A DNA stretch of 64,000 nt from an uncultured Verrucomicrobiae bacterium (GCA_963702845.1 OY969763.1:1664001-1728000); one strand, 5' to 3'. Counted from the first letter of the stretch, positions 9,629-21,737 are shown. The notes: a model not told the origin generated them from the sequence alone. Program-made: numbers and translations.

Positions 9629-10878
9629 TTAGCGCGGTCTGGTGCGGTTGAAATAAAGCTGGTGGGCGGGACGTAAATGTCCAGACCTTCGGCGATGCGC
9701 GGATCCTTTTGCGGATACGGTGCGTGTTTGGTGTATGCGCGGACGAAATAGAGCGCGACGACGCCACCGATGAAAGCCATGCAGCCTACATCAAGAATTA
9801 AACCCAAGGGCGACATGCCATTTTTGTGCAGTGACGGCATGATTTGGAACTGCAGATCGAAGAAGTGCATGATCCAGGCCCAAACAGCCAAGCAGATCAT
9901 GTAGCCGGATTTGAGCTTCACATCGATACGCAGCAAAGCCAGGAACGGGACAAAGAAGTGGCCGAAGATGATGACGAAACGCCCGACGTATTTCCAGCCA
10001 CCCACTTCGCGCAGATTATACCAGAACACTTCTTCAGGCATATTCGCGTTCCAGATGATGAAATATTGCGCGAAGGTAATGTAGGCGTAGAACACCGTGA
10101 ACGCGAACAAAAGGGAACCGAGAAAATAATATTGTTTTTCGTGCATCACATAGCGCAATGGACCCGCGCGCTGTAGAAGCAAGCATATGACATAGAGCGT
10201 CGCGAGGGTTACCCAGACGCTACCGGCGAAATACCAGACGCCATACATGGTCGAGAACCATTCGTGCATCAACGCTTTGATCCACATGATGGCGGCGATC
10301 GTGAGAGTCGGAGCGAATAGGAAAATTCCAGTGCCGGTCAAGACGCGCATGCGATAGGTGCAACGAGCCGAGCCAGTTTCATCCTGAAGCAACGACCAAC
10401 GACGCAACTGCCAGGTCCAGACAATCCAGACAAGGAAGCAAAGGGCGGCAACGATGTAAAATCCAGGAATCGTCAACAACGGAAATTTTGAACTTAACGC
10501 GTGGTCGGGATTTTTTTGCAGTTCCGGTCCCATCCACGGGTAAATTTTGGTGGCAAGCAGACCAATGGGAATCCACAGGACGAGCATCCACGGCGCGACA
10601 GAGGCCAAAGTTTCCGTGACACGACGGATCGGCACCGACCACGAAGCATCGAACATATGATGGGCCAACGTCAGAAAGAACGACCCGAGGCACAGGCTCA
10701 AAAAGAACATGAAGGCCAGCAGCCAGGAATAGCCGAATTGGAGCACGCCCTTGTCGCCAGAGGCAAAAAAGCCCAGGACCATCAGGATCACGCCAACCAC
10801 TATCGCAACAATCGGTAGATTGCGATATGGCTTCAAATCCAGCGGCTCGACGTGTGCTGTGTCAGGATGAGAACTCAT
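9625..10878 (-). CDS. actF: Alternative complex III membrane subunit F
   Basis: About 10 TM helices, WFSTMYG, QYFIIWNANMPEE; operon position. Confidence 0.85.
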   Translation of the reverse strand: MSSHPDTAHVEPLDLKPYRNLPIVAIVVGVILMVLGFFASGDKGVLQFGYSWLLAFMFFLSLCLGSFFLTLAHHMFDASWSVPIRRVTETLASVAPWMLVLWIPIGLLATKIYPWMGPELQKNPDHALSSKFPLLTIPGFYIVAALCFLVWIVWTWQLRRWSLLQDETGSARCTYRMRVLTGTGIFLFAPTLTIAAIMWIKALMHEWFSTMYGVWYFAGSVWVTLATLYVICLLLQRAGPLRYVMHEKQYYFLGSLLFAFTVFYAYITFAQYFIIWNANMPEEVFWYNLREVGGWKYVGRFVIIFGHFFVPFLALLRIDVKLKSGYMICLAVWAWIMHFFDLQFQIMPSLHKNGMSPLGLILDVGCMAFIGGVVALYFVRAYTKHAPYPQKDPRIAEGLDIYVPPTSFISTAPDRAK

Positions 10879-10879
10879 A

Positions 10880-11551
10880 CTATTTATTCAGTGCGGCGCG
10901 GTCTGCTTCGGGCACGTCGGTTATTGTGGCCAACTGGCTGCGTTCCAGCGCGCGGACGTAAGACACGATTGCCCAACGATCTTCGACCGGGATCATTGGC
11001 CCATACGGCCCCATCAGTCCCGCTGGTGAGCCGTGAGTAATCGTGTAGAAAATCTGGCCGTCGGTCATTTCGACTACGCGACGCGAATGCAAATCGGCAA
11101 TGCCGCCAACGCCAAATTTAGACGTGACTCCTTGACCGTTGCCGGTCGGACTATGACAAGGTTGGCAATAGATGTTGTAACGTTCCTGCCCGCGATTGAG
11201 CAGCTTCACGGAGACCGGAACTGGAGACAATTCGATGAAGTTCGTCGTGCCAGTAATGCGACCGGTGGTCAGCGGTGTGTCTTCATACGGGAACACAGAC
11301 TTACCGTTAATTTTCACCGGTTCGCCGTCGATTACATACGGCTTGGTATTCGCCACTGTTCCGGAAGGATGCGGACGGGAACTCCAGCCATCTTGATAAA
11401 ACTCGCTGGGGGCTTGCGGACGTAATTTAGGCTGACGAACCATGTCAGGGAAAATTTCGAAGGGTGGCTTGCGCGATTTGGCTCCGCGAAATCCGAGCAA
11501 CCCGACGACTGTCACCACAGTGAGAATAAAGCCTAGATAGAAATAGCGCAT
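10880..11551 (-). CDS. actE: Alternative complex III monohaem cytochrome c subunit E
   Basis: PDMVRQPK, YNIYCQPCH, DRWAIVSYVRAL. Confidence 0.85.
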   Translation of the reverse strand: MRYFYLGFILTVVTVVGLLGFRGAKSRKPPFEIFPDMVRQPKLRPQAPSEFYQDGWSSRPHPSGTVANTKPYVIDGEPVKINGKSVFPYEDTPLTTGRITGTTNFIELSPVPVSVKLLNRGQERYNIYCQPCHSPTGNGQGVTSKFGVGGIADLHSRRVVEMTDGQIFYTITHGSPAGLMGPYGPMIPVEDRWAIVSYVRALERSQLATITDVPEADRAALNK

Positions 11552-12090
11552 TATTCCTCCACCAGTTCGATGTGCCGGCTGCCGAGCGTCTCGAGCAGCT
11601 TGCGGGTTTCGGTTTCTGAATAGTTCGCGTCGTCCGCTTCGATCACGAGGAAGTAGCGGTCGTGTGTTGCCAGGGCGAACCGTTTATTTTTGAGGAGAGG
11701 ATGATGCAAACGTGGCAAGCGATTGAGGAACAGCATTCCGAGCAGCGCGCCGAACGAACCGAACAAAATCGTTAGTTCATAAGACGGGGGGAATGCCGCG
11801 AATGGGCTGAACATCGGTTTACCACCAATGATGATCGGATAGTCAATCGCGTTCATCCACCAGATGATCAACATGCCGGTAGTATAACCAGTCACGCCAC
11901 CGATGAATGAGAACCAGCCGACTTTCGAATTGCGTATTCCCATTGCACGATCCATTCCGTGAATCGGGAATGGCGTGAAGACATCCCAATGTCGGAATCC
12001 CTGATTATTAACCTTCTCTGCCGCATGCAGAATATCTGCGGGCGTTTCAAATTCTGCCATGATGGCGTATGGACGTCGCGAGCCGTTCAT
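11551..12090 (-). CDS. actD: Alternative complex III subunit D (DUF3341)
   Basis: FTPFPIHGMD, IIGGKP, YELTILF motifs. Confidence 0.88.
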   Translation of the reverse strand: MNGSRRPYAIMAEFETPADILHAAEKVNNQGFRHWDVFTPFPIHGMDRAMGIRNSKVGWFSFIGGVTGYTTGMLIIWWMNAIDYPIIIGGKPMFSPFAAFPPSYELTILFGSFGALLGMLFLNRLPRLHHPLLKNKRFALATHDRYFLVIEADDANYSETETRKLLETLGSRHIELVEE

Positions 12091-13556
12091 CAGTGATGAC
12101 CTCCATGTTTGGCTCCGCCCAGCGGATGGTGCGGATCAGCTTGCGGCGTAACGCCTTTAACTTCCGCAATCGCAATCAGCGGGATGTAGCGTAGGAACAA
12201 CAGGAAGAAGGTGAAGAACAAACCAAACGTTCCGAGATATTGCAAAATGTCGACAATCGTTGGGCTGTAATAACCCCAGTTCGACGGAATGAAGTCGCGA
12301 TGCAGCGAGGTCACCACGATGACGAAGCGTTCAAACCACATGCCGATGTTCACGAAAATCGATAGAATGAATACGATAAACATACTCGTGCGGATTTTCT
12401 TGAACCAGAAAAGCTGCGGCACAATGCAGTTACACGTAATCATGATCCAGTAAGCCCACCAATAAGGTGCTGGGTTGCAATGGAACATTTTAGAAAGGAT
12501 GAACGGGTCTGCTGCACGGTTTTCCAGGAACAGGAATTTTTCGTAAGGGTTGCCGCTATACCAGGCGATGAAGAATTCCATGGCATAGGCGTAAGCGACA
12601 ATCGAACCAGTCGCCAAAGTGACTTTGCACATCAGTTCGACGTGGCGGATCGTGACGATTTCTTCCAGGCGCAGCAACTTGCGCAACGGAATCATCAAGG
12701 TGAGCACCATGCCGAAGCCGGAGAACACCGCGCCCGCGACAAAGTAAGGAGGGAAGATGGTCGTGTGCCAACCGGGGAGTTGAGACACGGCGAAGTCCAA
12801 AGACACGATTGAGTGCACGGACAGCACCAGCGGCGTTGAGAGGCCGGCCAGGATCAAATAAGCCTTTTCGTAATTGCTCCAGTGACGGTTCGAACCCGTC
12901 CAACCGAGCGAGAACAATCCATAACCAAATTTACGAATGGTTGATTTCGCACGATCGCGCATGACCGCGAGGTCGGGTATCAATCCCATGTACCAGAACA
13001 ACACCGACACAGTGAAGTAGGTCGACACCGCAAACACGTCCCACATCAGCGGAGAACGGAACTGCGGCCAGATGCTGTAGGTGTTCGGAATCGGGAACAA
13101 CCACCAACCGAGCCAGATACGGCCAATGTGAATCAGCGGGTAAATACCGGCGCACATAACCGCGAAAATCGTCATCGCTTCCGCGGTGCGATTGATCGAG
13201 GTGCGCCAGCGTTGGCGGAGCAAAAATAGAATCGCGGAAATCAGCGTGCCGGCGTGACCGATACCGATCCACCACACGAAGTTGATAATGGCCCATCCCC
13301 ACATGACGGGGTGTCCCAGACCCCAGACGCCAACGCCTGTCGACATCAGATAAACAATCATGGAGAAGCAAAGCGTCATGAACGTGACACTGATTACGAA
13401 CGAGACTTTCCACCACAACGGGGTCTTGCCTTCGGCCACGCCAGCGATGCGGTCAGAAAGCCAACCGATGCCGCGGTTGTTTAAAACCAATGGCTCACGC
13501 TGCAACTCCGGCGGGGGAGCGTGCAAAGAGACTGATTTATCCAGCGGTGCGCTCAT
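12090..13556 (-). CDS. actC: Alternative complex III quinol-binding subunit C (NrfD family)
   Basis: [40 protein letters not shown]. Confidence 0.92.
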   Translation of the reverse strand: MSAPLDKSVSLHAPPPELQREPLVLNNRGIGWLSDRIAGVAEGKTPLWWKVSFVISVTFMTLCFSMIVYLMSTGVGVWGLGHPVMWGWAIINFVWWIGIGHAGTLISAILFLLRQRWRTSINRTAEAMTIFAVMCAGIYPLIHIGRIWLGWWLFPIPNTYSIWPQFRSPLMWDVFAVSTYFTVSVLFWYMGLIPDLAVMRDRAKSTIRKFGYGLFSLGWTGSNRHWSNYEKAYLILAGLSTPLVLSVHSIVSLDFAVSQLPGWHTTIFPPYFVAGAVFSGFGMVLTLMIPLRKLLRLEEIVTIRHVELMCKVTLATGSIVAYAYAMEFFIAWYSGNPYEKFLFLENRAADPFILSKMFHCNPAPYWWAYWIMITCNCIVPQLFWFKKIRTSMFIVFILSIFVNIGMWFERFVIVVTSLHRDFIPSNWGYYSPTIVDILQYLGTFGLFFTFFLLFLRYIPLIAIAEVKGVTPQADPHHPLGGAKHGGHH

Positions 13557-16500
13557 TAATGCGCTCCTGTCTCACCGCCGCCGGGCGGTTGTGCGAACGT
13601 GTTCATTTTATGGCTTTCGGCGCCTTCACGTTCTCCAGCCTTCTTCAAGTAATCCTCAGTTGAGTACGGCTTCGCGTGCTCTTTGTAATCGGGCATTTCG
13701 GGATTTGGATTGCGCACCTTCGCGAGATAGGTCAGGCGAGGACGCGTATTCAAAAATTCCAACACTGTGTAATTGCGATCTTGCTTCTTCAGCTTCGAAA
13801 CGGTGCTTTCCTCGTCGCGTATATCGCCAAACACGATCGCTCCAGCAGGGCAGGCTTGCTGACACGCCGTCTTCGGCATCGTGCCGTCCTTCTCGGACAA
13901 GCGCACATATTCGGTGTCGCGCGCTTTGACCTTTTGCGCAATTTTCGCGCCTTCGAGACGTTGCACGCAGAAGCTGCACTTTTCCATGACGCCGCGCATA
14001 CGCACGGTGACGTCCGGATTCTTCACCATCTTGACCAAACGCCATTCGTCTTCCGGGAGATAACCGCGGTCCGGATTTTTGAGCCAGCGCGCGAAATCCC
14101 ATTCGCCGTCAGTTTGCGTGACGAGCGGGCTCGTGTAGAAGCTCTTGTGATCAAGCGTGTGCTTGTTGTAATCGAAGAAATTAAAGCGACGGACCTTATA
14201 CGGGCAGTTGTTCGAACAATAACGAGTGCCGACGCAACGGTTGTAAACCATCACGTTCAAGCCCTCTTCATCGTGCGTAGTTGCATTCACCGGGCAAACG
14301 CTTTCACACGGTGCAGCCTCGCAGTGCTGACAAAGCATCGGTTGCGTAACGGCCTGCGGATTTTCCGGCGGGCCCGCATAATAACGATCGATTCGCAGCC
14401 AGTGCATTTCACGGCTCTTGCCGACCATTTCTTTGCCGACAATCGGGACGTTGTTTTCGCTCTGGCAAGCGACCATGCAGGTCGAACAACCGACGCATGA
14501 ATTCAAATCAATGGACATGCCCCAGGCATGGAGCGCCTTGTTGTTGCGAACGGCATCTGCCTTTGCGACATCAAGAGGGTTCGTGTAATGAGATTGGCCG
14601 TCTGGCGGCATTTCCTCATCGAACCGTTTTACGAACGACGGGTTCTTTTGATACTCGTCGTAGTTCGCTTCGCGCACGACCGGACGGCCTTCCATTTGCC
14701 AGTGGCTCTGAGTCGTCGCTAAAACGTATGTGTCGGTCGTTGCTTTGACTTTCGCATTCGCGGCGTAGTAAAGGTTGTCGCTGGTGCGAATTGTGTAGGC
14801 GCTGAAACCGGTGTTGCGACCAATACGACCAGTGCGCGTGCGTCCATAACCCAGAGCAAGTGCCACTGTATAATCAGCCATGCCGGGCTGAACCCAAACT
14901 GGCCCGCGCAATTTGCGACCGTTCAATTCAATTTCAAGAACCGGGTTTGGATATTGCTGGGTCTGGTTGCCGCGTTCACGGACGACCCCAAGTTTTTCCG
15001 CCGTCAGCGGACTGACTAAAATCGCATTATCCCAAGTAAGCTTTGTAATGGGATCAGGTAATTCCTGCAACCAGCCGTTGTTGTTGTAGCGGCCATCGTC
15101 CATCTTGGAATCGCGATGGAACACAACATCCATAGAGAACGGTGAAACAGTCCATTTTGCGTCTGAAGGTTGCGACGCCCGCCGCACGGCAATGGGATCA
15201 ACTTGAACCGATGCCGGCTCGGAAGCGCTGTTCGCTAAAAATCCGTCGTGCAGGAACTTCTTCCAGTTTTCGGGATTGTTTCCCGCGATGCCACCGAACG
15301 TGGAGCGAACAATTTCGTAAGGAGAAGTTTGTGTTTCGCCAGCGATGGCTGCCAATACTTCCAATTCGGTCACACCATTGAACAGCGGCTCGATCAACGG
15401 CTGAACTGGAACCATCGTTCCATCCGCGGTACGCGCATCACCCCAAGATTCCAGGTAGTGCGCCATCGGCAGATCCCAATAGCTTACGTAATTGTATTGA
15501 TGCGTCTTGATCGCTTCTTCAGAAAGTGCTCCTGCCCAGCTCGACTCGTCTTCGTAATAACCGAGGCGGACGACATTCTTGGCCTTCGCTTGGGCAGCCG
15601 GCCAATTGAGTTCGGCGGGCGCATTGTAAACCGGGTTACCACCGAGAATAACTAAGGTTTCGATTTCGCCGGCGTTGAGTGCTTTCGCGAGATCTTGAAT
15701 CGTGCCTTCTTTGGCATCTTGCGCTGAACGATATTCAACGATCGGGCCATTGGCTCCAAGCGCTTCATTGATTGCGATTACCAACACTTGCGCGGAAACC
15801 GGCAATCGATGGCCTGCCATTACAAGAGCTTTGCCCTTGTTCGCCTTCAAATCCTGAATGCAGGGCGCGAGCCATTCTTCGATTTCTTTTGGCAGCGGGG
15901 CGGTTTCGCCAGCAGATCCTAAAACTTCCTTTGCCACGCGAGCGACAACCGCCGTCATCAAACTCGGAGCCACGCGCATGCGATGATCCGAATTCATGCC
16001 AGTCAACGTGAACAAGCTTTCCACCGTATACAGGCGGTTCATCTTGTCTTCTGGTCCGTTGATTTTGCGGTTCTTCGTGAACTTCCGAATGTTGCTGTAA
16101 GCGTTTTCTTCGTTGCCGATGAAATCGCAATCGAGCGACAAAATTGTCGTGGCCTGATCGAGCTTGTAATACGGGTCGTAAGCGCGACCCAACGCCGAAG
16201 TGGCTGCTTCGCGTCCGCTCAAGTCAACCGCTTCGTAGCTGAACCAGCGCGCTTCGGAAAGTTTCTCCGCGATGATCTGCTGCATGCGCGCCCGTGAAGG
16301 CGAGCTGCTGTGCTCGAGCAAAAATGCAATTCCTTTACCGCCATTACCGGCGATCTTGCGGATAGCCGCAAACGCCTGCTCACGAGAACGAACCAAGCCG
16401 TTCTCTTTGAAATCCATCGAGCGGTCAGGATCGTAAAGGTGCAACAGTGACGCTTGCGCAATCAGGTCTGTGCCGCCATTGCTGTCGGGATGGTCTGCAT

Positions 16501-16873
16501 TGCCCTCGATTTTGGTCGGGCGTCCATCGGTCGATTTTACAACGAGGGGAAGAGCGCTACGCCGACGCGGCATCGCGGTCGCGAAATACTGCGGAACACC
16601 GTGGATGTAATCTTCAGGCTGCTTCGCAAACGGATAAATCTTTTCAACCGGCCGACGGCAACCCGTCAACCCGAGGCCCGCCAACAAAAACGAGGCGGAC
16701 ATGATGCGCACGAAATTGCGTCGTGACACCGGATCACTGAACTCGCTGGCGCCAGATGGGAATTCACGTTCCACCCATTGGCGGAACTCCGGGTTATCGG
16801 CCAGTTGATCTAAACTGGACCAATATTTCCGGCCTGATTCCGGCTCTGGACAAACTGGTGGAATAGTTTTCAT
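13556..16873 (-). CDS. actB: Alternative complex III subunit B (TAT-exported molybdopterin-oxidoreductase-like + Fe-S domain)
   Basis: SRRNF twin-arginine signal, [35 protein letters not shown]; start at MKTIPP overlapping actA stop (ATGA). Confidence 0.92.
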   Translation of the reverse strand: MKTIPPVCPEPESGRKYWSSLDQLADNPEFRQWVEREFPSGASEFSDPVSRRNFVRIMSASFLLAGLGLTGCRRPVEKIYPFAKQPEDYIHGVPQYFATAMPRRRSALPLVVKSTDGRPTKIEGNADHPDSNGGTDLIAQASLLHLYDPDRSMDFKENGLVRSREQAFAAIRKIAGNGGKGIAFLLEHSSSPSRARMQQIIAEKLSEARWFSYEAVDLSGREAATSALGRAYDPYYKLDQATTILSLDCDFIGNEENAYSNIRKFTKNRKINGPEDKMNRLYTVESLFTLTGMNSDHRMRVAPSLMTAVVARVAKEVLGSAGETAPLPKEIEEWLAPCIQDLKANKGKALVMAGHRLPVSAQVLVIAINEALGANGPIVEYRSAQDAKEGTIQDLAKALNAGEIETLVILGGNPVYNAPAELNWPAAQAKAKNVVRLGYYEDESSWAGALSEEAIKTHQYNYVSYWDLPMAHYLESWGDARTADGTMVPVQPLIEPLFNGVTELEVLAAIAGETQTSPYEIVRSTFGGIAGNNPENWKKFLHDGFLANSASEPASVQVDPIAVRRASQPSDAKWTVSPFSMDVVFHRDSKMDDGRYNNNGWLQELPDPITKLTWDNAILVSPLTAEKLGVVRERGNQTQQYPNPVLEIELNGRKLRGPVWVQPGMADYTVALALGYGRTRTGRIGRNTGFSAYTIRTSDNLYYAANAKVKATTDTYVLATTQSHWQMEGRPVVREANYDEYQKNPSFVKRFDEEMPPDGQSHYTNPLDVAKADAVRNNKALHAWGMSIDLNSCVGCSTCMVACQSENNVPIVGKEMVGKSREMHWLRIDRYYAGPPENPQAVTQPMLCQHCEAAPCESVCPVNATTHDEEGLNVMVYNRCVGTRYCSNNCPYKVRRFNFFDYNKHTLDHKSFYTSPLVTQTDGEWDFARWLKNPDRGYLPEDEWRLVKMVKNPDVTVRMRGVMEKCSFCVQRLEGAKIAQKVKARDTEYVRLSEKDGTMPKTACQQACPAGAIVFGDIRDEESTVSKLKKQDRNYTVLEFLNTRPRLTYLAKVRNPNPEMPDYKEHAKPYSTEDYLKKAGEREGAESHKMNTFAQPPGGGETGAH

Positions 16874-17544
16874 CGATGACACGCCGAACAATTCTGCAGC
16901 GACTGCACCTTCCAATGATCAACCAATTCGGTGCCGATCTTACGGCGCTCTTCGGCAATCTTTTTTGGCTTGTTGCTGTCGGTTGGATTCCAACCTAAAT
17001 CGGTGATCTTGGAAAGTGGACGAACCTTGGCAGATGGGTCGCGGTGGCAATCCAAACAGAAGGTCATGCTCAACGGTTGCGCCTGATAAACTTCGTCCAT
17101 CTTGTCGACGCGGCCATGACACTCAACGCAGCTAACACCGCGGTTCACGTGGACTGAGTGATTAAAATAAGCGTAGTCAGGGAGCTTATGGATCTGCACC
17201 CACTTGATGGGAGTGTTGTTTGTAAAACTCTCACGCACCGGTGCCAAACGAGGGTCGTCCTTCAACACCTGGTTGTGGCAATTCATACAGGTGCCGGATG
17301 CTGGGATATTTGAATACCAGGATTTCTCCACACCATTATGACAATAGCGGCAATCCACGCCAAGTTGGCCCGCGTGGATGTTATGGGAAAACTGAATCGG
17401 CTGGGCCGGCTCATATCCAACACGCGAATACTTCGGCGTAAGATAATACGTCGAGCCGAGCACAACGCCCGTTCCTACCAACACAGCCCCGATAATCAGG
17501 TTGCGCGGTAAGTGGTTTGTCCACTTTGGAAAAATGTCAGACAT
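16870..17544 (-). CDS. actA: Alternative complex III pentahaem cytochrome c subunit A
   Basis: Five CxxCH motifs (CRYCH, CMNCH, CVECH, CLDCH, CSACH) after a TM anchor. Confidence 0.92.
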   Translation of the reverse strand: MSDIFPKWTNHLPRNLIIGAVLVGTGVVLGSTYYLTPKYSRVGYEPAQPIQFSHNIHAGQLGVDCRYCHNGVEKSWYSNIPASGTCMNCHNQVLKDDPRLAPVRESFTNNTPIKWVQIHKLPDYAYFNHSVHVNRGVSCVECHGRVDKMDEVYQAQPLSMTFCLDCHRDPSAKVRPLSKITDLGWNPTDSNKPKKIAEERRKIGTELVDHWKVQSLQNCSACHR

Positions 17545-17771
17545 CTAAAAACACTCTGCAAAAGCAGAGAAGCGGTGATTCTTTACATCCGCTTCAATCA
17601 GTCAATAATAATCCGGCGCTCGGCAACGACTCCGAAATACCGGCAAATCTGCGACAGCCCGTTGTCCCCGCCGAAAAACTTTCCTGTGACGCGACTTCAG
17701 TCGAAACACGACACCGCTTACTGCGGCATTGGCGGAAAACCGTAACTGCGAGAGTGTGTTTATGATAGAAT

Positions 17772-17785
17772 ATGACGCGCATCAA
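17772..17785. promoter_or_regulatory. Possible FNR/CRP-family box upstream of act operon
   Basis: Minus strand TTGAT-GCGC-GTCAT versus TTGAT-N4-ATCAA. Confidence 0.4.
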
Positions 17786-17791
17786 GAGACT

Positions 17792-17809
17792 TTGTGAAAT
17801 TTTTCACGA
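17792..17809. promoter_or_regulatory. Probable Rex operator upstream of act operon
   Basis: TTGTGAA-ATTT-TTCACGA, one mismatch to TTGTGAA-N4-TTCACAA. Confidence 0.6.
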
Positions 17810-17970
17810 ATTAGGTCTGTTTAATCATGTCTATTAGTTGTGCTTGCGGAAGTGGTAAACGCGTCAAATGGTATTCCTTGACTGTTGATGCGTCTTCGTT
17901 GAAACGCGCACTGGTATAAAACAGGTGTGCGTTGGCTTGTGCGTGGAATGGCGGTCGCTAATATAAATCC

Positions 17971-19377
17971 GTGATTCGACCCCTGTTCTTTGCTCTAACT
18001 TTGATCTCAGTTTTTGCAGCGAATGCCGCACAAAAGAAACCGAACGTCCTGATTATTGTCGCCGACCAGTGGCGAGCGCAGGCCTTTGGTTATGCTGGCG
18101 ACCCAAACGTCCACACCCCGAATCTCGACAAGCTCGCGCGCGCAAGCCTGAACGTGACCAACGCCATCTCAGGCTGTCCCGTGTGCAGTCCGTTTCGCGC
18201 GTCGTTATTGACCGGTCAACGCCCGCTCACTCACGGCGTCTTCGTCAACGACGTGCCGCTGCGCACGAACGCAATCACGATCGCAAAGGTTTTAAAGGAC
18301 GCCGGCTACGACACCGGCTGTATCGGAAAATGGCACGTGGACGGTCACGGGCGCGATTCATTTATTCCACGTGAACGGCGGCAAGGGTTCGATTATTGGA
18401 AAGTCCGCGAATGTTCGCACGATTACAATAATTCCACCTACTTCGCCGATACGCCGGATAAACTTACCTGGAACGGCTATGATGCGATTGCCCAGACGGA
18501 AGACGCGAAAAGTTATATTGAACAACACGCGCAAAACACGAAGCCATTCTTCCTCCTGCTCGCGTGGGGACCGCCGCACAACCCATATAACACTGCCCCC
18601 GAGGAATACAAACGTCTCTACCGTGATGAAGAAATCAAATTGCGCTCCAATGTTCCTTCGTCCGTTGCCGAAAAAACGCGCAATGATCTCGCCGGTTATT
18701 ACGCGCATTGCACTGCGCTCGATCGCTGCATCGGCGAACTTTGGCAAACGTTGAAAGACTCCGGGTTGGAGCAGGACACGATCGTTCTCTTCACCTCAGA
18801 CCATGGCGATATGCAGGGATCGCAGGGGAACATCCGGAAGCAACGGCCCTGGGATGAATCAATTCGTATTCCGTTGCTGATTCATTACCCGGCGGCATTC
18901 GGTGAAACCGGCAAACAATCTGGAGCATTGATAAACGCGCAGGACTTGATGCCGACATTACTTGGACTCAGCAGGGTGAAGATCCCCAAAACGGTGGAAG
19001 GCTTTGACTATAGTAACTTCCTTTTGCACTCGCGCGGAAATATACCCGATAGCGCTCTATTAACCTGCGTCGTTCCTTTCGGCGAATACACGAAACGAGT
19101 TGGTGGCCGCGAGTATCGAGGAATCCGAACCGACCGTTACACCTACGTTCGTGATCTTAAGGGGCCATGGCTTTTGTTCGACAACCAAACCGACCCATAT
19201 CAGATGACAAATTTATGCGGACGCACTGGCTCAACTGAAATCCAGGAAAACCTCGACCGAAAGTTAAACGGGCAGCTTCGAAAAAGCGGCGATCAATTTT
19301 TACCTGCGCAAGCGTATCTTGATAAGTGGAGCTACGTTATGAGCGAAAAGGGAAGCACGAAAGTGCGAGGTGAATAA
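17971..19377 (+). CDS. Secreted sulfatase (formylglycine-dependent)
   Basis: Signal peptide, ADQWR, CSPFRASLLTG, GKWH, FTSDHG. Confidence 0.93.
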   Translation: MIRPLFFALTLISVFAANAAQKKPNVLIIVADQWRAQAFGYAGDPNVHTPNLDKLARASLNVTNAISGCPVCSPFRASLLTGQRPLTHGVFVNDVPLRTNAITIAKVLKDAGYDTGCIGKWHVDGHGRDSFIPRERRQGFDYWKVRECSHDYNNSTYFADTPDKLTWNGYDAIAQTEDAKSYIEQHAQNTKPFFLLLAWGPPHNPYNTAPEEYKRLYRDEEIKLRSNVPSSVAEKTRNDLAGYYAHCTALDRCIGELWQTLKDSGLEQDTIVLFTSDHGDMQGSQGNIRKQRPWDESIRIPLLIHYPAAFGETGKQSGALINAQDLMPTLLGLSRVKIPKTVEGFDYSNFLLHSRGNIPDSALLTCVVPFGEYTKRVGGREYRGIRTDRYTYVRDLKGPWLLFDNQTDPYQMTNLCGRTGSTEIQENLDRKLNGQLRKSGDQFLPAQAYLDKWSYVMSEKGSTKVRGE

Positions 19378-19461
19378 TTGCTTTGATAGCAGCCGACGTC
19401 AGGAGACGCAAACTTCTCAGCGACGACGCGAAGACTAACCTCCGGGCGTCGGCTGCTACAA

Positions 19462-19668
19462 TTAAAACGCGCGGCGCCGATTAAGCCTGCGGTTGCTGGT
19501 AACGGGCTTCGTCTGATCACCGATCCAGTCGCCGAGCTTAATGTATTCTCTAATCTTACGGCGTTCGTATCGGTTCTTTTTGGGTTTTGCGGGATTATCT
19601 TCGACTTTGCGGAAGGGATGTTTGGTGTTGCGTATCGTCTCGGTAATCAAGGCTAACGTTTTGGTCAT
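19462..19668 (-). CDS. Small basic hypothetical protein (68 aa)
   Basis: GAAAGGA RBS before ATG at 19668; KNRYERRKIREYIK. Confidence 0.5.
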   Translation of the reverse strand: MTKTLALITETIRNTKHPFRKVEDNPAKPKKNRYERRKIREYIKLGDWIGDQTKPVTSNRRLNRRRAF

Positions 19669-19808
19669 ATTTGATTTCCTTTCTGCAGCCGTTTGGGAGA
19701 CAAACGTGCTGTTGTCACTGATGTGACATTCGCCGGAACGCTGTTGTTCAATCGTTCTCATGCGCTTTCGCAAAAACCTCTGATAACTCTGATGCTCCCT
19801 GCGGAGCT

Positions 19809-20663
19809 TCAGTCGGTCATCGACCCTGAGTGCCACTCATTATGCATTTTACTGTGCACCAGATTCAAGCCAAATCGTTCATAAGCCCGGCGAACTTGAG
19901 GGAATTGTTCGCGCAATATTCCGGCCAAAACCAATTTCCCGCCCGGCTTTAACCACGAGCAAATCCGTTTCGCCTCTTGCACGAGCATATCAAAAATGAG
20001 ATTCGCGCATATCAGGTCGCATTGTGGAAAATGGCGGATTTTCAGTTGCGTTAAGTCCCGATGTTCAAACCTGATTTTGTGCTCCACGCGATTTCGTTTT
20101 GCGTTTGCCCGCGCAATCCGAACCGCATCGGCATCATAGTCGATCGCGAAAATCGGCGAGTAACCCATTTTGGCGGCCGCAATTGCCAGAATTCCCGAAC
20201 CGGTGCCGATATCCAGAAAATGCTGCTCACGCTCACCATTGCGCAACCGAACAACCTCATTGAGGCAATAAGAAGTCGTCGCATGCTGCCCCGTGCCGAA
20301 ACTAAGTCCCGGATCCAGCACGATAACTTTTTGATTTTTGCGCGGCTGTCGCTTGCTCCAACTTGGTTTGATGAGCAGAGCATGACCGATGTCCATCGGT
20401 TTGAAATGCCGCTTCCATGATTCCTTCCAATTCGGATCAAGCTTGCGGACTCGGACCCTACCCGCTGGCGACGTCAAGCCCTCTGGACGGGCAGGGGAGT
20501 AAATCGTGATGGTGCGACGCCCCGTCCGTACATCAATGTAAACCGATGGGATTTGCTGGAAGGTCTGTTCAAACCAATTCGCCGCGCTGTCTTCGTCCTG
20601 TTCAGACGTGACGACAGAAATTTCCCAGAGTTGTTTATTTGAACCTGAAGGTCGGGTTTGCAA
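19809..20663 (-). CDS. prmA: Ribosomal protein L11 methyltransferase
   Basis: DPGLSFGTGQHATT, LDIGTGSGILAIAA, ANL, LAGIL. Confidence 0.9.
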   Translation of the reverse strand: MQTRPSGSNKQLWEISVVTSEQDEDSAANWFEQTFQQIPSVYIDVRTGRRTITIYSPARPEGLTSPAGRVRVRKLDPNWKESWKRHFKPMDIGHALLIKPSWSKRQPRKNQKVIVLDPGLSFGTGQHATTSYCLNEVVRLRNGEREQHFLDIGTGSGILAIAAAKMGYSPIFAIDYDADAVRIARANAKRNRVEHKIRFEHRDLTQLKIRHFPQCDLICANLIFDMLVQEAKRICSWLKPGGKLVLAGILREQFPQVRRAYERFGLNLVHSKMHNEWHSGSMTD

Positions 20664-21143
20664 TTAACCCAGCTTCTTCAAGGTTTCCTTCACCGCATTG
20701 AAATTCGGCAAATCTTTTGGCGTAGGCGTTTGTTCAGCGTATTGAACGACACCGTTCTTATCGATGACGAACGCGGCGCGAGCGGAAGTGTCGCCGACTC
20801 CGGCAAGCATCGGGAAGAGCACGTCATATTTTTTGGTGACTTCCTTATTCAGGTCGCTCGCGAGCTTGAGCGTAATTTTTTCCTTCTGCGCCCAGGCTTC
20901 CTGTGAAAATGGGGTATCAACGCTGATCGCGACGACATCTGCATTCAAATCGGCATACGCGCTCAAACCCGAGCTAATGTCGCACATTTCCTGAGTGCAA
21001 ACGCCGGTGAAAGCAGCGGGGAAAAACAACAGCACCGTGTTTTTCTTTCCGAAATTCTCGCTCAACTTCACATCCACCAGGCCGGTGGCAGTTTTGGATT
21101 TGAGAGTAAAATCGGGCGCTTGGGAGCCAACTTTAATAGGCAT
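20664..21143 (-). CDS. Peroxiredoxin (AhpC/TSA family)
   Basis: FFPAAFTGVCTQEMC, LASDLN, RAAFVIDK. Confidence 0.9.
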   Translation of the reverse strand: MPIKVGSQAPDFTLKSKTATGLVDVKLSENFGKKNTVLLFFPAAFTGVCTQEMCDISSGLSAYADLNADVVAISVDTPFSQEAWAQKEKITLKLASDLNKEVTKKYDVLFPMLAGVGDTSARAAFVIDKNGVVQYAEQTPTPKDLPNFNAVKETLKKLG

Positions 21144-21694
21144 AAAAATAATTAGTAAGTGTTAGAACAGTGCGCGTTGTTATATGGACAGCTTCGACTT
21201 GTGTCAACCGTAGGAAGCGGCACATCCGGTAAAGTATCACTATGATTCAGTGTTTAGGTGATAGGGACAGGCGCGTGCGGATGCTGTATACCCGTCAGTG
21301 AGAATCTTGAACGCATTCCAGCGCTGAAGATCTAAAGAAGAGCTCGAACCAAGAATTCAGGAACCCGCCTTCACTCGGAAAACGTCACGGCAACAAACAT
21401 CGTGCCTCTAACGCGTCAGCAATTATTAAACGACGGTTCGGTTCCTGATTAATTTTCTGTCAGTGGCCAACCTGTACGTATTACGTCCAATACTCCAGCG
21501 ACTTGACGACCTGGATCACCTCGACCATTGCGCTCAACGGCAACGGGACGTAAATGCAATGGATCGACATCGGTCCTTACACCACCGAATCCAAGCCCAC
21601 ACTGTCCCAAACCGCTCCTGCCGAGTCAGTCTCCCCATAGGGCGCTGAAGGGTCGGGCATTCATGCTGTTGGTTTCAAAACACTTCGGCACTGC

Positions 21695-21723
21695 TTGACG
21701 CAGCCCCTCCGGTCGGCGATACT
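21695..21723 (+). promoter_or_regulatory. Sigma70-type promoter of ssrA
   Basis: TTGACG-17 bp-GATACT just upstream of the tmRNA 5' end. Confidence 0.55.
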
Positions 21724-21737
21724 TTCTGTGCTTCCTT

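Noticed and set aside
16874..16915. Longer actB start from the ORF track
   Set aside because: Overlaps actA; ATG at 16873 gives a clean ATGA coupling.
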